From positions 66,898,001 to 66,962,000 of the forward strand of contig OX597828.1 of the NCBI GenBank assembly GCA_951406725.2: a stretch of 64,000 bases of DNA, written 5' to 3'. The stretch comes from Octopus vulgaris (lineage: Eukaryota). Made by a program: the position numbers and the translations under genes. The notes under the pieces were generated by a model. The model was not told the origin of the DNA and made no database searches. It worked only from the letters and a program-made list of their open reading frames with translations. Positions 57,420-64,000 of this stretch are shown piece by piece (the first letter of the stretch is position 1; the number at the start of each line of letters is the position of its first letter).

Positions 57420-58700
57420 GCAGCAGCAGCAGCAGCAGCAGCCAAATAAAAGAGGCTTCACGAACTGGATGAAGAGAATATGGGATGAAAAAGGAGGTTT
57501 TGAAACATCAGCCTAGCAACTGATGGACGAAGAAAGAGCAATCCGTAGGAACGACTGGATTACGACTGTAGAGACTGAAGACATTCAGAGAAACACATAA
57601 AAAAAGAGCAGAATGAGAGTGAAACAGAAATAGCAGAAGGCGGTAAGGAAGGGGTAAGAGATGAGGAACATGAAAGAGATGGAAACCGCAGAGTACCAGA
57701 GAATACTGATAAAGGAACCAATGAAGACGATCTAAGTAGACAAGTGACAGTAAATACTGCACAAGACTTGAATGATATAGAGAAGGAGATTTTAGAAATG
57801 TTGCGTGGTAAAATGACTAATGGGAACAATCAACCGGCTGTACTTGAGGACAGACCAGGGTGGAAGAGGCTTAATAGCTGTAGAAGAATGTGCACAGATG
57901 GAAAGACAATGTCTAGTAGAGTATTTACAGAGCAGCACAGAAAAACTATTGAAGGCAGTTAAGAAAGAACAGTTGATGAAGCGCGAATTAGGAGAAAAAG
58001 GACAAGAATGAAATAGAAAGAGAGTACGACAGATAGATTGAAGAGAAACTTCTGTATGACCGAGAGTCACTGAAGGTGTATATGGAACAAAATCTTGGGC
58101 TTGGTTAAAAAAGGGGGCAATTAAAGAAAAGTAACGGAGCTTAATTGTAGCAGCCCAAGATCAAGTGTCAGAAACAAACAACTTGAGAAAAATATATAGA
58201 GAGAGAATGTGTCGGAAAAATGTAGAACCTATGGCACACATTGTGACAAAAGGCCCCGAGTTGGCACAGGAAGAATATAAGAAATGGAGGCACGAATAGG
58301 TTGTAAGAATTATACACTGGAAACTGTGTCAGAAATGGGGATTTGAAATTGGAAACACATGGTACAATCATCGAGTCGAAAGAGTACTAGAGTGGGAGAA
58401 TGGTAAGATTTTGTGGGACTTTCTAATTCAAATGGACAAGAAATTAAAATATAATAGACCAGACATAACGATAAGGAAAAGCGAAGTGGCTTACTTATCG
58501 ACCCATCATGCCTGTTTGATTCCAGGATCGTAAAGAAAGAGGAAGAAAAATAAAACAGAAAAAAAAATACGATACCTTCAAGTTTGCAATAAGGAAGAAT
58601 TTGGAGCATGCGAACAGTAAAGGTCATGCCCTTAATGATTGGTAGGTTGGGAAGAGTAAAGCAAGATATAGTCAAATGGCTGAAGATTTACAGTATCCAA
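55550..58700 (+). mobile_element. Cluster of Dong/R4-like LINE fragments and retroposon 3' ends among (TAA)n/(CTA)n/(CAA)n tracts, with a SINE at ~56290-56460
   Basis: MWNLKVKTVPVIVYALG at about 55852; KYKDLEIE at about 56978; INRLYLRTDQGGRGLIAVE at about 57828; KILWDFLIQMD...RPDI at about 58405. Confidence 0.75.
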
Positions 58701-58969
58701 GTCAAAAGAAAAAGGATCATGGAAAATGGTATTTGATATGAAATTAATGAAACTTATTAGAAAGCTCAATTACGATCGGGTCGAAGTTGAGGAAAAAATA
58801 CTTGAAAGAAAAGAAGTACTTGTCAACTGACTGTCTAGAACTTTCTCAACTGCAACAACAGCATCAACAACAACAATGCTGACCAATTTTTGCTCCCCAA
58901 AATGATGCAACAGTACAAAGTGATGATGCAATACTTGCAATAGAATGGTTTCAGGTAGGGAGAAAATAT

Positions 58970-59193
58970 ATTTCTTTACTACCCACAAGGGGCTAGACAT
59001 AGAGGGGACAAACAAGGACAGACAAACGGATTAAGTCGACTACATCGACCCCAGTGCGTAACTGGTACTTTATTTATAGACCCCGAAAGGATGAAAGGCA
59101 AAGTCGACCTCGGCGGAATTTGAACTCGGAACGTATCGACAGAGGAAATACGGCTACGCATTTCGCCCGGCGTGCTAACGATTCTGCCAGCTC
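58970..59193 (-). mobile_element. tRNA-derived SINE
   Basis: Nearly identical to 35921-36143. Confidence 0.92.
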
Positions 59194-60149
59194 ACGAGAA
59201 ATCAAAAGTTACTCACTTTGCCTCGGTGACTAATTTTGCGCATCTCAACTTAAACATCAACACGGTTTCGAACTGTCTGACACAAAAACACCTATTCACG
59301 CTGATTGGACGGGAGAACCGTGAATCCGAACAGATTATGTTGTTTAGGCCAGTAAAGTAATTTGTTAACTTCTCATACACTTTACTTTTCAACACCAAGG
59401 AATAAAGTATATCTTTCAAAAGAAAAAAGAAAAAAAACAACCCAAAAAACATTTAAGCCCATAAATCATATACATGGGTTTTGGAAAAAGTCACTTACGG
59501 GAGATAAATCTCCAAAAGATTTATAAGAATTATTTCCCTTCCATTTGGTATTTTTTTTAAAAACATTTTTCTTTTCACTGATGAGCGCGATTATTTTATC
59601 GGTTAATCTGAAGGGGATGGAGAGAGAAAAAGAGAAAGAAAGAGAGATAGAGAGTGAGACAGAGGCATAGGTAAGCAGGCAGATAATATTGACTGAGAAA
59701 GAAAGAATATTTTAAGGATATTTTAGCATTGTATTGAATGTTTTCTTTGTTTCTGTAACGTTAATCTTGGGGATTATCATTTGGATTAAGGCGCGGATGG
59801 GCAACAACATCAACAACAAAGTATTGATAGAAGGAATAGACAATAGTAAAGCACAAAGTCCTGAGAGAGCAAATAATTGTTTCTACTTGAAGCCCAAAGC
59901 CGCTAATTTTGAGGGGAAGACGTTAGTTGATTAAGTCGATCTTAGTATTTTATGGACACTGGAGGGGTGAAAAGTAAAATCGAACCCGGCAGCATTGGAA
60001 CTCAGAACGTAAAGCGTCGTAATTAAATAACTAATTCAAAATAATAACATTACTTCTCATATTAAATTTAGCCCGGCTAAATTTGGGAGCGGTTTAGCAA
60101 GAATATTTTAAAGGCTATTAATATCAAACTAACTAGCAATTTCGGCCCA

Positions 60150-61290
60150 AGGGAGTAACTCTTTCTGGGTCTGAAGTGTCAGATGGACGCCATTAATGTG
60201 ATGCAAAATTACAGAAAAGACGTGAGCAGGAAAGCGATTCCAGAGGGTTGATGCTCTAGGGAAGATGGATTGGGTATAATGGATAGTGATGAGAAGTGAA
60301 GATACGAGTGGATCACTAGTGTCTAAGAGAAGATAGAACAAAACTGGCCAGCTTCGAGGGATAGAACCATTATAGTAGGTGTCGGGGGAGGGTACAGCAT
60401 GTCTGAGGGATTCAGGCCGGAACTAATGGCCTTTCTCTAGTTGCAGTCCAAGATGTCACTGTATTTGTAGCAGCGATGTCGTTCCAGATGTGAGAGTAAT
60501 GCTCCATCGGGGTCTTAACTTCATCGTTGTAAAGTACCAGTAATTGTTTGGGACTGAAATATTTTCTGAGATGGGCCAATATTTGAGATGCGGTTTTATC
60601 TTCGTTAACTATGTACTTTTGCTGAGAGAGGTCGTCAGGGATGATAGTGATGGACGGCATTTGGGATGACCATAAAAATGAGCGGTACTATAACTGAGTA
60701 ACTGTTGTGCTTAGGGATGTTGCTGTAATGTTTTGTTGATATGATTAATACTTAAGTTTTTGCTGCTGCTAAAAGGGACAATATTGGCATGGCTCTTCTG
60801 GAAAACACTCCCAAGTCTTTGTTCATAGTATCAGTGCACGATTGGCTTGTGGTGTCTAGTTTACATGTAAATGATGCATGTTTAGTGAAGGTTTGAGAGG
60901 AATGAAGGGTTGTATCATCTGTCATGAAATGTATAACAGAGAGAATGTAGGAAACAAAACTGAACTCTGGGACACACTTGAACTGATTGACAACGGAACA
61001 GAAAGAGCTCCATCGATATATGCCACGGGGGAGGGATCTGACTGGAAGCAGCTAATCCAAGAGATGGTTGGAATCTGTAGGCGGAAAGTTTTGACAGATT
61101 TGCATATCAAGCTCGGTCGAAGGCTTTGTTGATGTCTAGGGCAAAAGCATTGCTTTCGTCAAACTTCTCTAAAGCAAGAACCGAATGCTGAATGGGGTTC
61201 CAGTAGATCCAGCTCTGTCGAAGCCGGATGGTCGCTAAGAAAGATTCCCATGCCAGACATGGTCAAAGGCTTGCTGATATCTAAATGACC
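60150..61290 (-). mobile_element. CR1/Jockey-group LINE RT fragment, degraded
   Basis: SSVSQSSVLFPTFSLLYI (degenerate GVPQGSVLSPTLF), MEHYSHIW and FPRASTLWNRFPAHVF. Confidence 0.7.
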
Positions 61291-61399
61291 TTTGAATTAA
61301 CTTCTAACTTTAATAGTGTAAGTAATAAAACCAACATCGATTTCTGAAGCATTATTAGGCGAAGAACCAGTTTTTGCTAGCATATATGGCTGCAGAAAC

Positions 61400-62420
61400 T
61401 CAGCTTTTTCATAAAGGCTTGGCTCGAATGAAGAGATCGAGTCGTTCCTTTGTCATAATCATGGAATCATTTAATAGTACAGATATTTGCGATTTAAGTA
61501 TCCACATCATACAAAAAGTTCCCCTCTTTATGTTTAAACCTATAAATGAAAGGGGAAATGTGTTAGTTATCTAAAGGGATGTACCTTAGACAAACTAAGG
61601 AAGGATGTTATCCAGCAATTCAGATCTCTAGACTTTGCAACTACCATAGTGTCTAACTTAATTATAGTTAATTTCCTGGATGTGACACAAGATTTTAGTA
61701 CAGACTAATATATAAATACCCCTTGAGAAACTTAAAGGGAAGCTTAGATTGATACAGTTAATAAAATTTGAAATTTCACATCCAGTAAGGAGACTGTTTC
61801 TGATAACGCCAACATTTGAAGTTGGTAATTCAAAAATAAAATTCCCTACAACTCTAACATCGTCTAACTATAAGGGAAAGATGTAGAAAGATGTTTGATT
61901 GGCACCCTAGTGTTAACTAAATACAACATAGTAAATCTTCCTTAAATTAGTATTTCTCTCAATAATAGATTTAAGAAATTGCTTAAAAGACAAAATCAAT
62001 CCTACCTTCAGCTCCATCACCAATAAGAAGCAGATTATATCTCATCCCAGCCACTGAGGCTGGATACTCATGCAGAGATACTTATGATGTACGGCTTCTA
62101 TATGGATTCTGTAAAAGAGATGCCTCTATACATGAGACAGAGACCAAATCAAAGACACAATGGAATCAGCTTGAACCTCTACATCGGTATAATAGAGGGC
62201 CATCCTAAAAAGAGTTTTCAGAACTATATCTCTTCCTTCAGGAACGCTGAGAAGCGCAAAATAACAAAGTTTTCAAATCACGTTTCGTTTCAGAAAGAGA
62301 AAGCAGTGGCATATAGTATCACATGGACAACTGTAGACACTATGGTAGTTGCAAAGTCTAAAGATCTGATTTGCTGGATAATATCCTTTCTTAGTTTGTT
62401 TAAGTCAACTCCGAGAAGTG
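61400..62420 (+). mobile_element. Penelope-like element remnant (GIY-YIG fragment) with an inverted segment
   Basis: YIGIIEG..KKSFQNYISSFRN...TKFSNHV...YSITW in ORF 62084-62512. About 61590-61655 is the reverse complement of about 62334-62400. Confidence 0.65.
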
Positions 62421-63052
62421 AACTTATTTCGAAAAAATTCTTAAACGACATGTTTATATTTAAATGGAAATTAAAAAATAATATATGGAAATATAAAAAT
62501 CAAGTTAAGTAGTTTTACTTGACTTTACGTCTATCCGCCACAATTATTGGAATCGTAAATTCACTGGAAAACCGTTAAAAGCACCTAAAATTATATTACT
62601 GTAAAATAGATAAGAATAAAAGCATATAAAATCATATTAAAATGTTAAGATACACACCACAATGTGGTGTAGTTTAGTGAACGAAATCATAAAGTCAGCT
62701 GTGTCGTCTTATTTATCGGTTTTCGGAGCTCATATTTTACCATGTCTTATTGCAAATCGCATTCATAAATAAAGCATCCACGATGTACGGTAAACACCGC
62801 CAAATTTAGATAGCTTTTCTTTTACTGTAATCTATTAAAAAAATAAAATTATTTGCTTGCAAGCATAAAATAGTTTTTTATTAACCATGCATTATTGGAA
62901 ATGCATTCATAAATAAAGTACAGAACTGTTATTATCGGTTATTATCGGTTTAGCCTAGAGACAAGTAAATTTGGTTTAGCCTGGCCAAGAGAAAGTTGAT
63001 TCGACTTAAGTCGTGTCTCCTGGAATCAATTAACAACACAGGTTGAGGTATG

Positions 63053-63096
<44 letters not shown>

Positions 63097-63100
<4 letters not shown>

Positions 63101-63268
63101 CATACGAGTGGCTGTGTGGTAAGTAGCTTGCTTACGAACCACATGGTTCCGGGTTCAGTCCCACTGCGTGGCACCTTGGGCAAGTATCTTCTGCTATAGC
63201 CTTGGGCCGACCAAAGCCTTGTGAGTGGATTTGGCAGACGGAAACTGAAAGAACCCCGTCGTATATAT
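63097..63268 (+). mobile_element. Intact tRNA-derived SINE
   Basis: A-box TGGCTGTGTGG, B-box GGTTCAGTCCC, a body and a TA tail. Follows (TA)n. Confidence 0.9.
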
Positions 63269-64000
63269 TGTTACGGGACTCCCAGAACGAAAGCTGTTAC
63301 GGAATCCTTCACACAGGCCCGATCGATCAGAAAACGTTCGCCACGGAAACTCGGAGAGGAGAGAGAGACAACGAACACAACAACAGCCGCAAGAAGAGAC
63401 ACAGAGGCAATCGAGAGAGACACAAAGAAGGCAATTGGCTTACATTTAACCTACTAGTTTATAACACTTTATAATTGTTACAACATCAAATACATATCAG
63501 ATACATCAAGGAGGAAATACATGCAAGTAACAACACATAAAATGCAATAACAACAGCATTTAAAGAGTACACGTCGAATTACACAACAAGTCAATACATC
63601 ATACAGTCCGGAGACAACAGTTCTGTTTCAAATCACATTAACGTTACAGTTCAAAGGACATTAAAGGCATATACAGTTCAATGTTCATTAAAGACTACAA
63701 CAGTCTCTCTCTTGCTTTAACAGTTCTGTAACACATATCAACACAGTTCACATTGTTCTTTTTTTACTGTCTCATTTCTTTTACATTTCAATACATCGAT
63801 TCTTTTTCCTTCTTTTTCTTCACATATCAATACAACAATTCACGTACCGTTACATTAGCCAATGTCTCACATTGTAGTTCATCTCTCTTAGCACTGCTAA
63901 ATCCAACCGCCAACCGCTTGCCTCGAATTCCAAATGCCGACTGCTAAATCCAACTGCCAACTGCTCGCCTTGACTCCCAAATACCGACTGCTCAATCCTC
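63269..64000. mobile_element. Possible LTR of an LTR retrotransposon running off the window
   Basis: Abrupt start TGTTACGGG after the SINE tail, with short internal repeats. No second LTR or pol is visible. Confidence 0.35.

Noticed and set aside
57301-57516. Poly-Gln protein
   Set aside because: It is a (CAA)n/(CAG)n tract between two Dong-like fragments.

Overview
This is an AT-rich, extremely microsatellite-rich animal genomic window. The SINE, Dong/R4 and Penelope repertoire and the (TA)n/(TAA)n density resemble a coleoid cephalopod such as Octopus; this is inference and was not searched. Most of the window is transposon debris: a hAT element with unusually long inverted ends, a mariner pseudogene, Tx1/L1-like, Dong/R4, RTE, CR1 and Penelope fragments, Helitrons, tRNA-derived SINEs and a 3.9-kb array of a 45-bp satellite. 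The main signal is four long uninterrupted + strand ORFs: 18279-19886, 31841-34858, 39186-43265 and 53459-54364. All four sit behind a homologous non-coding upstream module, and three sit in front of a homologous 3' module, yet their proteins share almost no sequence. Each is a predicted disordered protein built from its own tandem peptide repeats (27, 17/46/41, 14/34/39 and 33 aa). One carries an array of SxIP motifs plus an RVxF motif; another carries about 20 S-P-x-R/K sites. This looks like an orphan gene family in which the flanking cassette is conserved and the coding payload turns over. A second notable system is a pair of Tx1-like retroelement ends with a covarying 3' RNA structure, apparently inserted in tandem at one site in a SINE head.
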